Positions 1-11,632 of a stretch of DNA of 64,000 nucleotides are shown here, in pieces. The notes below the pieces were generated by a model. It was not told the origin of the DNA and searched no databases. It saw only the letters and a program-made list of their open reading frames with translations. Position 1 is the stretch's first letter. Each line of letters starts with the position of its first letter. This DNA is from Candidatus Aminicenantes bacterium (GTDB lineage Bacteria; Acidobacteriota; Aminicenantia; Aminicenantales; Aminicenantaceae). The translations under genes were made by a program, and so were the position numbers. The stretch lies in the NCBI GenBank assembly GCA_016783445.1, contig JADHWO010000002.1, positions 25,464 to 89,463 of the forward strand. Reading direction: 5' to 3'.

Positions 1-426
1 ATCGATCTCCAGAAAGATGCTTCTATTAAACCACTGGGAACAGGTCAGGATTTGCTCTCACTTTTAGCAAGACCGGTACAAGGCCCTCCTCTCAGCGATG
101 CCAGGAGTGCTTCAGCTGATCTTTTTTTCGAGATTTCCAACAACGACAGGTTCTTCCGTATCGGTCAAAAAGTAAGCGTTTCGCTTTTACAGAAATCTCC
201 AGAGGATAGCCTTGTTGTGCCCATTTCAGCAATCCTGTATGACATCAACGGCGGGAGTTGGGTGTATACAAAAGTTGCTCCTCACGTCTACTCACGCCGT
301 CGTGTTGAAGTGAGCCATATCGTGAATGATTTTGTTGTTTTAGCTCGTGGTTTAAAAGTTGGTGATCAAGTGGTTGTCGCTGGAGCAGCTGAAATTTTTG
401 GAACTGAATTTGGAGTGGGAAAATGA
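1..426 (+). CDS. RND efflux membrane-fusion (periplasmic adaptor) protein, C-terminal part; the 5' end lies outside the window
   Basis: The frame is open from base 1. The C-terminal sequence is HlyD/MFP-like ([21 protein letters not shown]...). The stop overlaps the start of the downstream RND permease (ATGA at 423-426). Confidence 0.7.
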   Translation: MDLQKDASIKPLGTGQDLLSLLARPVQGPPLSDARSASADLFFEISNNDRFFRIGQKVSVSLLQKSPEDSLVVPISAILYDINGGSWVYTKVAPHVYSRRRVEVSHIVNDFVVLARGLKVGDQVVVAGAAEIFGTEFGVGK

Positions 427-3400
427 TGAAATGGCTCGTATCAACCTCTCTCCGTCTACGTGTGGCGATTGTAGTCCTTACAGTGGTCTTGCTAATTGCC
501 GGTTCGCATATTGTCAGCAGGGCTCGTTTCGATGTATTCCCGGAATTTGCGCCGCCTCTGGTTGAAGTCCAGACTGAAGTGCCCGGACTTTCAACATCCG
601 AAGTTGAAGTTTTAGTGACAGTGCCGATTGAGAATGCTCTTAATGGTGTCTCTTGGTTGCAGAAAGTGCGCTCAAAGTCTGTGCTTGGCCTCTCTTCCGT
701 TGTGCTTTATTTTGAAGAGGGCTCTGATTTAATGGAGGCACGACAGCTCGTCCAGGAACGTATAACTCAACTCGCGGAACGATTGCCGGCAGTGGCTAAA
801 GCACCGGTCATACTTTCTCCACTATCCTCCACCAGCCGCGTCCTGAAAATCGGTATGTCTTCAGAAAAACTGTCTCAAGTGGAAATGACGACTGTCGCCA
901 AGTGGACGATTCGCCCACGGCTTATGGCGATTCCTGGTGTAGCCAATGTCGCTATCTGGGGGCAGCGGGACCGCCAGATTCAAGTGCTCATTGATCCGAA
1001 CCATTTATACACCCATGAAGTAACTACAAACGACATTGTCCGCGCTGCTCAGGAAGCAGTACAAATCAGTAGCGGTGGATTTATTGATACACCGAATCAG
1101 AGACTTGCGATTGCTCATACACTGTCTGTTCAATCACCGGAAGATTTATCCCATGTGCCAGTTGCTATCCGTAACGGCGTGCCATTAGAATTGGGTGATC
1201 TGGCGGAACTCGTTGAAGGATTCCCACCTCCGATAGGGGATGCGGTGATAAACGATGGCCCCGGAATATTACTTATTGTGGAAAAGCAGCCCTGGGGGAA
1301 TACCCTTGAGGTGACGCAGAAAATTGAGGATGTTTTAGATGCGCTGCGTCCTGGCCTCAAAGATATAGAAATTGATTCTACAATATTTCGGCCAGCAACT
1401 TTTATCGAGATGTCGCTCAGCAATCTTAATCGTGCTTTGCTCATCGGATGTGTGTTGGTGATTGCAGTGCTGGCCTTCTTTCTCAACGACTGGCGCACTG
1501 CTTTGATCAGTGCTCTTGCGATCCCAACTTCACTGATTATTGCTGCACTCATATTGAACTATCGGGGTGGAACCATTAACACCATGGTTCTTGCCGGCCT
1601 TATAATTGCCCTTGGCGTGCTTGTAGATGATGCAATCATCGTTGTCGAGAATATCATGCGGCGTCTTCGAATCAATAAGACATCCGGAAATCCTGACTCG
1701 GTCTTTAAGGTTGTGCTCAACGCTTCTCTGGAAGTGCGGAGTGCGGTTATGTTTGGCAGCGTGATTGTTGTTCTTGTGCTTATGCCTGTGTTTTTCCTTC
1801 AAGGATTATCAGGTGCATTTTTCCGTCCCTTGGCGTTGTCCTGTGTTTTGGCTATATTATCTTCCTTGTTAGTAGCGTTGACCCTCACTCCGGCACTCTC
1901 TATGATGCTTTTGCCCCGGGCAGTAGAGCGCAAGCAATCTCCTTTCCTGTTGTGGCTTAAAACGAGATATGAGGCGATATTACCTAAATTGATAACCCAA
2001 CCGAGAAAAACTTTGGCTATTACAGCCAGTGCTCTTGTTCTAACTTTGGCGGTCATTCCTTTTCTGGGCGAAGAGTTCCTCCCTAATTTTAAAGAATATG
2101 ATTTTCTGATGCATTGGGTTGAAAAACCGGGTACATCTTTACAAGCAATGGAAAGGATCACTGTGCGTGTAAGCAAAGAACTTCGCTCTATCCCGGGGGT
2201 TCGGAATTTTGGAGCACATATCGGCCGGGCAGAAGTTTCTGATGAAGTTGTGGGTCCAAATTTTACAGAACTCTGGATCAGCCTCGATCAGGATGTAAAT
2301 TATGGAAAGATTGTAGGTAAAATTCAAGAAGTTGTTGACGGGTATCCAGGCTTATACCGCGATTTGCTGACTTATTTGCGTGAGCGGATTAAGGAGGTTT
2401 TAACAGGTACCGCCGCAACACTCGTTGTGCGCATTTACGGTGAAAATCTTGATATTCTACGCCAAAAAGCTGAGGAGGTGCGAGCCGCAATTGCTGAAAC
2501 AGAGGGAGTTATCGACTTAAAAGTACAACCGCAAATCATGGTACCGCAGGTGGAGGTGCATTTTCGCCCAGAAGCTGCTGTCCAGTTTGGATTAACAGCA
2601 GGCGAAGTCAGACGTGTGGTCACACTTTTGATGAAGGGAACTAAGGTTGGAGAATTTTATGAAGACCAGAACATATTTGATGTGGTTGTTTGGGGCGCCC
2701 AGCACATACGTTCCAACATAGAAACACTGCGTTCATTGAGAATAGAGACACCCACTGGGGGTTTGGTCCCCTTAAACGAAGTAGCAGATGTTTTTATAGC
2801 CCCGACTCCGAATCAAATTACGCGTGAGTCGGCATCTCGTTATACTGAGGTGACCTGCAATGTGCGAGGTCGCGACCTTGGAAGTGTTGCCCGGGAAATC
2901 GAGAGCAAAGTGCAGAAGATTCCCTTTGCTCGAGGTTATCATCCAGAGTTTTTAGGGGAATATGCTGCTCAGAGAGCATCCAGGCAGCGGATTTTAGCCC
3001 TCTCTGTTTTTGTACTCATCGGTATCTTTTTGATCCTGTACACAGATTTTGGGTCTTCCAGGCTGGCATTATTGGTCATTGCTGGATTGCCTTTTGCTTT
3101 AATCGGTGGTGTTCTTTCTGCCATTATAAGTGGGGGAGTGCTTTCACTTGGGTCTCTTATAGGATTTATTACAGTATTTGGTGTAGCTGCAAGAAATAGC
3201 ATTATGCTCATCAGTCATTATAAACATCTGCAGCTAAAAGAAGGTTATTCTTTTAGCATCGATTTGATTATACAGGGAGCCAAAGAGCGGCTTGCGCCTA
3301 TCTTAATGACGGCATTAACAACAGCTCTTGCACTTCTTCCAATCGTAATTGGAGGAAATCGCCCCGGACAGGAGATTGAACATCCCATGGCTTTGGTAAT

Positions 3401-3494
3401 TTTAGGAGGTTTAGTCAGTTCTACTTTGCTCAACTTGCTGGTGATGCCAATACTTTACTGGAAATTCGGACGAGTAAAAAAAATAAATGAATAA
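423..3494 (+). CDS. Heavy-metal-efflux RND permease, CusA/CzcA family
   Basis: 1023 aa. The N-terminus [21 protein letters not shown] is typical of CzcA/CusA. There are 12 predicted TM segments with two large periplasmic loops. It is translationally coupled to the upstream adaptor gene. Confidence 0.9.
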   Translation: MMKWLVSTSLRLRVAIVVLTVVLLIAGSHIVSRARFDVFPEFAPPLVEVQTEVPGLSTSEVEVLVTVPIENALNGVSWLQKVRSKSVLGLSSVVLYFEEGSDLMEARQLVQERITQLAERLPAVAKAPVILSPLSSTSRVLKIGMSSEKLSQVEMTTVAKWTIRPRLMAIPGVANVAIWGQRDRQIQVLIDPNHLYTHEVTTNDIVRAAQEAVQISSGGFIDTPNQRLAIAHTLSVQSPEDLSHVPVAIRNGVPLELGDLAELVEGFPPPIGDAVINDGPGILLIVEKQPWGNTLEVTQKIEDVLDALRPGLKDIEIDSTIFRPATFIEMSLSNLNRALLIGCVLVIAVLAFFLNDWRTALISALAIPTSLIIAALILNYRGGTINTMVLAGLIIALGVLVDDAIIVVENIMRRLRINKTSGNPDSVFKVVLNASLEVRSAVMFGSVIVVLVLMPVFFLQGLSGAFFRPLALSCVLAILSSLLVALTLTPALSMMLLPRAVERKQSPFLLWLKTRYEAILPKLITQPRKTLAITASALVLTLAVIPFLGEEFLPNFKEYDFLMHWVEKPGTSLQAMERITVRVSKELRSIPGVRNFGAHIGRAEVSDEVVGPNFTELWISLDQDVNYGKIVGKIQEVVDGYPGLYRDLLTYLRERIKEVLTGTAATLVVRIYGENLDILRQKAEEVRAAIAETEGVIDLKVQPQIMVPQVEVHFRPEAAVQFGLTAGEVRRVVTLLMKGTKVGEFYEDQNIFDVVVWGAQHIRSNIETLRSLRIETPTGGLVPLNEVADVFIAPTPNQITRESASRYTEVTCNVRGRDLGSVAREIESKVQKIPFARGYHPEFLGEYAAQRASRQRILALSVFVLIGIFLILYTDFGSSRLALLVIAGLPFALIGGVLSAIISGGVLSLGSLIGFITVFGVAARNSIMLISHYKHLQLKEGYSFSIDLIIQGAKERLAPILMTALTTALALLPIVIGGNRPGQEIEHPMALVILGGLVSSTLLNLLVMPILYWKFGRVKKINE

Positions 3495-3549
3495 AAAAAC
3501 AAGAGAAGGAGGCGTTTCTCTATATTTTTAATATTGTGGGCTTGATTCA

Positions 3550-5261
3550 GAGGCTGTCTCAAAACTCAACATATAGTATAATATATTGTGTTACTGATTA
3601 ACATAGAAACAAGAGGAATGGGGAAGAGCAATGAGCAATGAGATAAAGGCAGATTATGATCAACAATATGTTTTACCTCCCTCATTAGAAGATTGGGTAC
3701 CTGAGGATCATCCGGTTAGATTCATAAGGATGTTTGTAGATTCAATGGATTTAGAGGGAATGGGATTTCGAGAGAGGGAGAGTGAAGAGGGGCGTCCGAA
3801 TTACTCAAATGATATGCTTTTAAAGATATGGTTACACGGTTATTTCGAGAAGATCTACAGTACGCGCAGCTTGGAGAAGGCCTGCAAAGTCCAGCTGCCT
3901 TTGATCTGGCTAACTGGGATGCACTACCCTGATCATAATACACTTTGGCGATTTTTCCGGAATAACCGCAAGGTGCTAAAAAAGGTATTTGTTCACTCTG
4001 TAAAGGTTGCCTTAAAGGGTGATCTGGTAGGTTTAGTTCTTCAGGCGATAGACGGCACAAAAATAGTTGCGGATGCTTCTCGGAGGCGTTCACTTCATTG
4101 GAAAAACCTAAAAGCTCTCTTAGGGAAGCTGGAAGAGTCATTAGATGATGTATTTGATGAGATAGAGGAGAACGAAGAGAAGGAGAGTTGTGATCCTGGA
4201 TATAAGCTTCCTTTGAGATTGCAAGATAAGGAGGAGCTTGAGAGATTTATAAGCGACGGCATAAAGGAGCTTTCCCAGGATGAGAAGAGATCCTTGAAGG
4301 AAGAAGTAGAGGAAGGCTTGGATGAATTAGCTGAGGGAGAGACAGAGCATTTAAATCTCACTGATAGTGAATCAAGGATGATGAAGAATGGGAGGCAGAT
4401 TGATTTTTGTTATAATGCGCAGGCTGTGATAGATGAGAAGAAGCAGGTTATTGTAGCAGCTTCAGTGACATCAGAGGGATTGGATAACCACCAGTTAACA
4501 GGGATGCTTGATGAGGCAAAGGAGAATACTGGGGGGATTCCAGAGGAGACGATAAGTGACAGCGGGTATTTTTCAGGGGAGGAACTTAAAAAAGCCGAGG
4601 AGAAAGGGTATTCCGTATTGGTAAATATTCCGGCAAATGTGGGCAGTTATCCTGCTAAAAAAGATGATTCATTCGGTAAGAAGAAATTTATTTATGACTC
4701 AGAGAAAAATGTATACATATGTCCGAAAGGCTGCAGCTTAATTTTTGAGAAAGAGAGTAAAAGGGAGAGATACAAGTCAAGGATTTATAGATGTAAGCAA
4801 GCAAAAGACTGTGCATTTCGTTTCCAATGCAGTAAGGATAAACGAGGAAGGTCAATAGAGAGAACACCATATGATGAATGTATTCTCAGGCAGGTCGAGA
4901 AACAAAAAGATGCAGGGAAGAAGGAATTGCTTAGTAGAAGGAAGAAGATCGCTGAGCCTGTATTCGGATGGATAAAAAGAAATAATAAATTTTCTAGATG
5001 GACCTTTAGAGGGCTAGGATCAGTAGATGCACAGTGGCAATTGCTGTGTACAACAGTGAATCTGAAGAAGCTCTTCAGTAGATGGGTAGATGGAGTCTAT
5101 GTATTTGCCCTTTAAATGAAGAATATACGAGACTTTTTAAGCTTTAAAAAAGAATTTATTTTATCCAGGCGATGATAATATCAAGTTTCCTCTCAAATAA
5201 TTATTTATCCCTCTATTTTGAATAAAAATGATGAATTATAAACAAATTATGAGACAGCCTC
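3550..5261 (+). mobile_element. Insertion sequence, IS5/IS1182 superfamily (IS1182-like), 1712 bp. It has a 12-bp perfect terminal IR and a 4-bp TTCA target-site duplication.
   Basis: The left IR is GAGGCTGTCTCA at 3550-3561 and the right IR is TGAGACAGCCTC at 5250-5261. TTCA occurs at 3546-3549 and 5262-5265. A single transposase ORF lies inside. The flanks rebuild the palindrome gggcttgattca|tcaagccc. Confidence 0.8.
3631..5115 (+). CDS. Transposase, IS5/IS1182 family, DDE type
   Basis: The N-terminus LPPSLEDWVPEDHPVRFI matches the InsH-N/DUF772-like domain of IS5/IS1182 transposases. The C-terminus is Cys-rich (CPKGC...CKQAKDC...FQC), as in IS1182-family transposases. Confidence 0.85.
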   Translation: MSNEIKADYDQQYVLPPSLEDWVPEDHPVRFIRMFVDSMDLEGMGFRERESEEGRPNYSNDMLLKIWLHGYFEKIYSTRSLEKACKVQLPLIWLTGMHYPDHNTLWRFFRNNRKVLKKVFVHSVKVALKGDLVGLVLQAIDGTKIVADASRRRSLHWKNLKALLGKLEESLDDVFDEIEENEEKESCDPGYKLPLRLQDKEELERFISDGIKELSQDEKRSLKEEVEEGLDELAEGETEHLNLTDSESRMMKNGRQIDFCYNAQAVIDEKKQVIVAASVTSEGLDNHQLTGMLDEAKENTGGIPEETISDSGYFSGEELKKAEEKGYSVLVNIPANVGSYPAKKDDSFGKKKFIYDSEKNVYICPKGCSLIFEKESKRERYKSRIYRCKQAKDCAFRFQCSKDKRGRSIERTPYDECILRQVEKQKDAGKKELLSRRKKIAEPVFGWIKRNNKFSRWTFRGLGSVDAQWQLLCTTVNLKKLFSRWVDGVYVFAL

Positions 5262-5387
5262 TTCATCAAGCCCCTACGTGAAAAACAGGATTGCCGCGGC
5301 TCTTCGGACTCGTTATGACATTTGATAAAATGGGGCCTGTCCCTATAACTTATCCCTATTATTATGAGAAGGATCCCTGAGTATAAA

Positions 5388-8300
5388 TTAGATATTGGAG
5401 TTTTTGAAACCAAGGAAGGACTTGACCCTGGAAGTTACGGAATCCGAGATAGAATAGAATGTGGGCAAAAAGATCAGCGTGAAAAAGGTTGATGTGGTCA
5501 GCCCGCCGATGATTGCCACAGAAATGGGTGCCCACATCTGTGCCCTACGCCCCACTGCCTCAAAAAATTGGGGCAGCAAAAAGGGGAGAGCCAGCGGCAG
5601 TACTCCAAAAATGGTGGTAATGGCTGTCATAACGATCGGCCGCATCCTGTCCTTGCCTCCCTGCACGATGGACTCATTCTTGCCCATCCCGGATTTACGC
5701 AGTATCCGGATGTGGTCGATGAGGATGATGCCATTGTTCACTACAATCCCGAATAGAACCAGAAGTCCCAGATAGGAGGTTGTATTTAGTGTAATGTTCG
5801 TTATAGAGAAGAGGATAGCTACTCCAAACAATGCCAGAGGCACTGTCATCAAGATCGTTAACGGATGCACAAAAGACTCAAAAAGCGAAGCCATGATGAT
5901 ATAGATAAAAATAAGAGCGAGAATAATCGCAAGGCCGGACTCCCCCTGGGATTCCTGGAAACGCCTCCACCCGGATCCAAGGCTCCATGAGTAACCGTCA
6001 GGGAATTGAATTGTGTTCATGACCCTGCCGATGTCGTTGGATATGCCCATCATCCCCTGGGATTTGGTGTTGATCCGGATCATCAATTTTGATTGTTTAT
6101 TCTCCTTACGGATAGAGGTTGATCCCATCCTGTAAGTGATGTTTGATACTGCGGAGACTGGAATCCTTGTGGACTGGGTTGGAAGGCTGATATTCCGGAG
6201 GTCTTCTTCAGAGAACCCGTCCTCTCTCCGGATCTTTAAGATGATATCGATCTCCCGGTTTTCAGTTTTAAATTTTCCGATGGGCCGTTCAGATAGAGAA
6301 GAGGAAATAGTCCGTGCAACCATTTGACTGCTTACTCCTGAGCTTTCTGCTTTCTGACGGTCTACCTCGACCATGATTTGTGTGTCTCCACCCTCCAGAT
6401 CACTTGTTACATCCTCCACATTCTCGACTGTCCGTAGCTTTTCGATAACCATTGGAGCAAGCTCGGTCAGTTTAGTGTAGTCGAGGCCGATGAGTTCCAC
6501 TGTGATTCCTCTGTGGTGCCCGCCACGGCCAAAACGTTGCGCGTATTCGTAGGTAATACCGGCTTGTATGGGCAGCAGTTCTTTGAGTCTTTCTTTAATC
6601 TCGGTCACCGACATTCCTTTATCTTCCAGAGCCAACTCAAGTCCCCCGCTGAATCGTCCCTGCCGCATGCGCCTCACACCGAACTCTGTCGTTAGATATT
6701 TGATAGATAGCTCTTCCTTCCGGGACAAGAGTATTTCCTCGTAGTTCTTGAAGAGGACTTTCATTTGTTCCAGAGTAAAACTGCGGGGCATATAGACTGA
6801 GATATCGATCTCCCGCTCGTCACTGGTAGCCATATATTCCTGTTCGATGTTTTTGAAGATCTGGAATGAAGTAAAAAAGATTCCAACAGCCAGACCAACC
6901 ACGAAAAGCTTGGTTTTCCAGTTCTTGATAGTGAAACTAATGATACGCTCATAGACAGCCGTTAGTTTTACCAGCCAGCGGGCTTTTTCCTTTGCTTTGC
7001 CGGCAAGCAGTCGACTTCCAGCCAGAGGGATGAACGAGAGGGAAACGATCAGAGAGGCGATTAACGCCAGGGAGATGGTTAATGCAAAGTCTTTTAAGAA
7101 GCGGCCGAATCCAGACTGGGACATGAAGCTTAACGAGATGAACACAACCAGAGTTGTTAAAGTTGAGGCAGTGACAGCCATAGCTACTTCACTTGCTCCT
7201 GTTATGGAGGCCTTTAGCGGGGAGTATTGTTTTTCCTGCCGAAGCCGGAAGATATTCTCCAGGACCACAACACTGTTATCCACAAGCATTCCCACAGCCA
7301 TCATCAGTCCGCTGAGAGAAATGATGTTGATAGTGATGTCCGCACTAAATACAGTACGGTAGAGGTACATGAGGCTGAAGGTGAACACTATAGCCATGGG
7401 GATGGCGATGGCGATGATGATGGTGCTCCGGAATTTTCTCAGGAAGAAGAGCAGGACGAAAACAGCCATAAGGCCGCCGATAATGCCGGAAATAGTAAGG
7501 TCTTTGAGGCTCCTGAGGATGTCTTCCGACTGATCTCGGTAGAAAATAACATTCATATTCTGGAGCTCGGGTTCCGTCTCCTTGATGCTTGCCATAATGT
7601 CTTTGACGTTGTTGCATACATCCACGATATTAGCATTAGATGCACGGTAGATCTGGAAACGTACGGTTTCATTCCCGTCCAGGCGGTTGAATTCCTCTTT
7701 GACAGGATAATCGTAAGTCACTCGAGCGACATCGGCAATGGTCAGTCCTTTGTTGCTGACAGGAAGGCTTTTTACATCTTCCAGGATCTTGAGTTCTCCT
7801 GGAACGCGAGCCACATAGCGCATGGGGCCCTCTTCTACGTACCCGGCTGAAATATTTATGTTGTTGTTGCGTATGGTGCTGATCAGGTCGGTTATGCGGA
7901 TGGAGGATGAATAGAAAACCTCGGGCTTAAGGTAAATGGTCAGAACTTTGTTGCGGATCCCACGGATATCAACGTTGGCCACTCCTTGAATCCGTTCCAG
8001 TTGCTGTGTGATGTAGTTTTCCGACCAGTAATACAGGTTATCCAGGTCTCCGGGTAAAGCTAAGCTGAAGTTGATCACAGGCCGGTCATTAAATGAAAAA
8101 CGGCGGATGCGGATATTCTCGATGTCGTCAGGAAGGTCATTACGGACGAGGTCGATCTTGTCACGGATCTCCATAGTGACCAGATCCATGTTGGTCCCTC
8201 CCTTGAACTGCATGTGGATGTTCGAGGACGATGAGGAGGAAGTGGAGCTGAGGCTTTCCAGATTGTTTATTGTGGCCAGTACGTCTTCCAGGGGCCTTGT

Positions 8301-8489
8301 GATAATGCGTTCCACCTCTTCTGGAGAAGAAGAAGGGTAGGGGATCTGTACCATGAGTCCGGGGAAAGATGTGTCAGGCATCATTTCCAGGGGAAGTTTA
8401 AGGATTGATATCACCCCGATGGTGATAAAGATGAGCATGGCTACAATGATAGAAACCGGTTTTTTTATGGCAAATTCAGGTAGATTCAT
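5388..8489 (-). CDS. RND multidrug efflux permease (HAE1 family), distal paralog of a tandem pair, MdtC-like
   Basis: 1033 aa with AcrB-like topology. It starts MNLPEFAIKKPVS. There is a 4-bp overlap with the upstream RND gene. Confidence 0.9.
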   Translation of the reverse strand: MNLPEFAIKKPVSIIVAMLIFITIGVISILKLPLEMMPDTSFPGLMVQIPYPSSSPEEVERIITRPLEDVLATINNLESLSSTSSSSSSNIHMQFKGGTNMDLVTMEIRDKIDLVRNDLPDDIENIRIRRFSFNDRPVINFSLALPGDLDNLYYWSENYITQQLERIQGVANVDIRGIRNKVLTIYLKPEVFYSSSIRITDLISTIRNNNINISAGYVEEGPMRYVARVPGELKILEDVKSLPVSNKGLTIADVARVTYDYPVKEEFNRLDGNETVRFQIYRASNANIVDVCNNVKDIMASIKETEPELQNMNVIFYRDQSEDILRSLKDLTISGIIGGLMAVFVLLFFLRKFRSTIIIAIAIPMAIVFTFSLMYLYRTVFSADITINIISLSGLMMAVGMLVDNSVVVLENIFRLRQEKQYSPLKASITGASEVAMAVTASTLTTLVVFISLSFMSQSGFGRFLKDFALTISLALIASLIVSLSFIPLAGSRLLAGKAKEKARWLVKLTAVYERIISFTIKNWKTKLFVVGLAVGIFFTSFQIFKNIEQEYMATSDEREIDISVYMPRSFTLEQMKVLFKNYEEILLSRKEELSIKYLTTEFGVRRMRQGRFSGGLELALEDKGMSVTEIKERLKELLPIQAGITYEYAQRFGRGGHHRGITVELIGLDYTKLTELAPMVIEKLRTVENVEDVTSDLEGGDTQIMVEVDRQKAESSGVSSQMVARTISSSLSERPIGKFKTENREIDIILKIRREDGFSEEDLRNISLPTQSTRIPVSAVSNITYRMGSTSIRKENKQSKLMIRINTKSQGMMGISNDIGRVMNTIQFPDGYSWSLGSGWRRFQESQGESGLAIILALIFIYIIMASLFESFVHPLTILMTVPLALFGVAILFSITNITLNTTSYLGLLVLFGIVVNNGIILIDHIRILRKSGMGKNESIVQGGKDRMRPIVMTAITTIFGVLPLALPFLLPQFFEAVGRRAQMWAPISVAIIGGLTTSTFFTLIFLPTFYSISDSVTSRVKSFLGFKNSNI

Positions 8490-11400
8490 GGTTTACTAGT
8501 TTTTGCTTTATCAAGAGAGAGTGTCGCTTTTGCGTTTTTGAGATGGCGCATCAAGCGGCTTTCCTTCTCTTCTGGTACCAAAGGGTCTCTGACAACCGCA
8601 TTGTAGGCCAGGGGAATAAAGATCAGTGTTAGAAATGTTCCAAAGATCAATCCTCCGATCAATGTCAGAGCCAGGGGGATGCGAATCTCGAATCCCTCGT
8701 TAAAATCCAGTGCCATGGGCGTAAGCCCCAACACTGTTGTGATCGTGGTCATCAGGATTGGCCGCCACCTTACCTGGGCGGCGGTTTTAATGGCTTCCAC
8801 TTTCCTCATCCCTTTTTTCTGCAGCTGTCCGATGTAGTCCACCAGCACGATTGCATTGTTCACGATGATTCCGGAGAGAATAATCAGGGCAATGAGGACA
8901 ATCACGTTGATTGACATGCTGAATATGAGCCCGACGATCACCACGCCTATAATGCCAAGCGGAATGGTGAACATGATGATAAATGGTTTTCTGAAGGATT
9001 CAAACTGGGAAGCCATGACCAGATAAACTAAAAACACGGCCAGTAAGATGGCGAAGATCATAGAGGAAAAGGCCACGTCTTGCTCCATGCTTTGTCCGGC
9101 CAGATAGATCGAACATTCTGGACCAAAATCTATGGATGCGACTTCTACATTGACTTTTTCCTTGGCTTCATCCAGGGGGATCCCTGAGATATTCCCGGTA
9201 ATGACTGCTGATTTTTGCTGGAGTATCCGGCGGATTTCTGCAGGTCCTTCCTGGATATGGATATCGGCCAGCGCTTTTAAAGGAACCATCACACCCAGAC
9301 CATTGCGGATGTTGATTCTGCTGATCTTATCCACTCTGTCGCGGGAATCTTCAGAAAGCCGGACCCGAATATCTATCTCCCGGTCACTCTCGATGAACCG
9401 TGTGGCAACTTCGCCTTCAATTTTATTCCTGAGCTGTGCTCCCACCGAGTTAATAGTCATATTCTGCGAAGCCAGAACGGCCCGGTTAAAGATGATCTGG
9501 ATTTCCGGATAGCCTTCTTCCATACTGGATTTTAGATCGATGATACCGTCTATGCCCCGGAGTTTCCCCAGGAGTTCGTCAGAGACCTGTTTAATCACAT
9601 CCAGGTTGTTGCTTGATACTACTATCTCAAGCGGGGCTTTGAAGGAGAAGAGCCTTGGTTTGTAAACCTTGATTTTAGTAGTGGGAAACTTTTCCAGGTC
9701 AGCTCTAACCCGGTCTATGATACGGTCTTCCTTTTTGCCAAGGATGCCCGACTTCAAGCGGATAGTGAATTCAGAGAGGTTTTCCCGCTCTTCCTGGAAG
9801 GAGATGCCTCCTCTGGACCCTTTTCCGATAAGCTCGTAGATGCTGTCGATTTCGTCATAATTTTTTAATGTCCCGGATATATCTGCGATAATAGCAGCGT
9901 TTTCTTTGAGAGAGGTTCCGGGCTTGAACTCGACGTTGATCAAGAATTCGCCTTGGGAGATGACCGGGATTAATTCCTGGCCCATGAAGCGTGTCATGAA
10001 TATAGCGATGACAAAGAGTGCGAGGACAGAAACAATAATGATTTTTCTGCGTTTCATAGAGGCATCTTGTGTCTTTTTATAGCCGAGATAGAATTGGTTA
10101 TAAATCTTATCAATTGGCTTGAATAGAGTTTTTAATACTTTGCTCAGCGGCTCTTTTGCGTTTTCTCGACGTAAAACCGCACTGAACATGGGAACGAGTG
10201 TCAGAGAAACAACTAAAGAAGCCAGCAGAGAGTAAGTCACTGTCAGGGCCATGTCTTTAAACAGCTGGCCGGCGATTCCCTCAACGAACACGATGGGGAA
10301 AAACACAGCCACTGTTGTGAATGTGGATGCGGTCACGGCTCCTGCTACCTCGGATGTTCCCTGCAAGGCGGACTTGTAGAGTCCTTCACCCTGTTCCCTG
10401 TAACGCTGGATAGACTCCAGCACCACGATGGAATTGTCTACCAGCATCCCGATCCCGAGCGCCAATCCACCAAGAGAGATAATATTCAGGGAGATATTCG
10501 AGGAATACATAAGGAAGAATGTTATGACGACTGATATGGGGATGGTTGCCCCGATAATCAGTGTGCTGCGAAAGTTTTTTAAAAAATAAAGCAAGACCAA
10601 AATGGCAAGGATACCGCCAAAAATGGCGGTCTGCTTGACCTCATGGATGGTGTTTTTGATGAATTTGGATTGGTTGGTGATAACCAGATAATCCATGTTC
10701 CGGGGCTTCAGGATATTATCCCGGACCATTTTTAACCTATCGTTTACAGCATTGGCTACTGAGACTGTGTTGGCATCCGCTGCCCGGTAGATGGCAGCTT
10801 CAATACATTCCCGGCCGTTGATCCGGGAGATGACTTTGCGTTCTTTGTGGCCGCGGAACACATCCGCAAGGCTGCCCAGCGTGATCTGTACATCACCCCG
10901 TCTCTCGATGATGATGTCTTTGATTTCCTCGACAGTTTTGAATTGATTGACAGTCCGGACCAGAAACTGGCTGTCTTTCTGTTTCAGGATCCCGGCGGAG
11001 AGATTTACGTTTTCCTGCGCGAGGCGGTTGGCTACAGTGGTGATAGGGATATTAAGAAGGCTGAGCTTTTGTTCGTTGATGTCGATATGAATCTCGTCCT
11101 CCAGACCGCCTGAAATGGAGCAGGCTGCGACTCCCTCTATACTTTCCAGGGCCTGTTTCACTTCTCTTTCAGCGATGTAACGGATGCGAGCCAGATCTGT
11201 CTCGCCGGTCAGGCCCAGTCTCATGATGGGTTCCTGGTTGGGGTCATACCGGAGGATGACCGGTTTGGTGGCGCCCACTGGAAGACGAAGGATGTCCAGT
11301 TTTTCCCTGAGTTTCAGGGTGGCAAAGTCCATGTTGGTGTGCCATGCGAACTCGACCGTAACTTCAGATAACTCCGCTCTTGAGACCGAAGAAATACGAA

Positions 11401-11632
11401 CAACATTATCCACAACGCCGCAGGTCTCTTCAATGGGTTTGGAGATGATGTTCTCTATCTCTGAAGGGGCGGTGCCTGCGTATTCTGTTTTAATGGTGAG
11501 AGTGGGATAAGAGATTTTTGGCAGCAGGTTCAGGTTCAGTTTGGAGTAAGCGATAAGGCCGAAGATGACCGCAGCTGCTGTGAACATAACGATGGACACA
11601 GGACGATTGATGGAAAACTTAACAAGTTTCAT
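8486..11632 (-). CDS. RND multidrug efflux permease (HAE1 family), proximal paralog, MdtB-like
   Basis: 1048 aa. The N-terminus MKLVKFSINRPVS is AcrB/MdtB-like. It overlaps the MFP stop by 4 bp. Confidence 0.9.
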   Translation of the reverse strand: MKLVKFSINRPVSIVMFTAAAVIFGLIAYSKLNLNLLPKISYPTLTIKTEYAGTAPSEIENIISKPIEETCGVVDNVVRISSVSRAELSEVTVEFAWHTNMDFATLKLREKLDILRLPVGATKPVILRYDPNQEPIMRLGLTGETDLARIRYIAEREVKQALESIEGVAACSISGGLEDEIHIDINEQKLSLLNIPITTVANRLAQENVNLSAGILKQKDSQFLVRTVNQFKTVEEIKDIIIERRGDVQITLGSLADVFRGHKERKVISRINGRECIEAAIYRAADANTVSVANAVNDRLKMVRDNILKPRNMDYLVITNQSKFIKNTIHEVKQTAIFGGILAILVLLYFLKNFRSTLIIGATIPISVVITFFLMYSSNISLNIISLGGLALGIGMLVDNSIVVLESIQRYREQGEGLYKSALQGTSEVAGAVTASTFTTVAVFFPIVFVEGIAGQLFKDMALTVTYSLLASLVVSLTLVPMFSAVLRRENAKEPLSKVLKTLFKPIDKIYNQFYLGYKKTQDASMKRRKIIIVSVLALFVIAIFMTRFMGQELIPVISQGEFLINVEFKPGTSLKENAAIIADISGTLKNYDEIDSIYELIGKGSRGGISFQEERENLSEFTIRLKSGILGKKEDRIIDRVRADLEKFPTTKIKVYKPRLFSFKAPLEIVVSSNNLDVIKQVSDELLGKLRGIDGIIDLKSSMEEGYPEIQIIFNRAVLASQNMTINSVGAQLRNKIEGEVATRFIESDREIDIRVRLSEDSRDRVDKISRINIRNGLGVMVPLKALADIHIQEGPAEIRRILQQKSAVITGNISGIPLDEAKEKVNVEVASIDFGPECSIYLAGQSMEQDVAFSSMIFAILLAVFLVYLVMASQFESFRKPFIIMFTIPLGIIGVVIVGLIFSMSINVIVLIALIILSGIIVNNAIVLVDYIGQLQKKGMRKVEAIKTAAQVRWRPILMTTITTVLGLTPMALDFNEGFEIRIPLALTLIGGLIFGTFLTLIFIPLAYNAVVRDPLVPEEKESRLMRHLKNAKATLSLDKAKTSKP

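Noticed and set aside
5461-8340. Several plus-strand ORFs of 60-207 aa (5461-5775, 6997-7362, 7227-7850, 8071-8340 and others) inside the RND locus
   Set aside because: They lie antisense within a well-supported 1033-aa RND permease gene. They have low-complexity or His/Asp-rich composition and no motifs. They are shadow ORFs.
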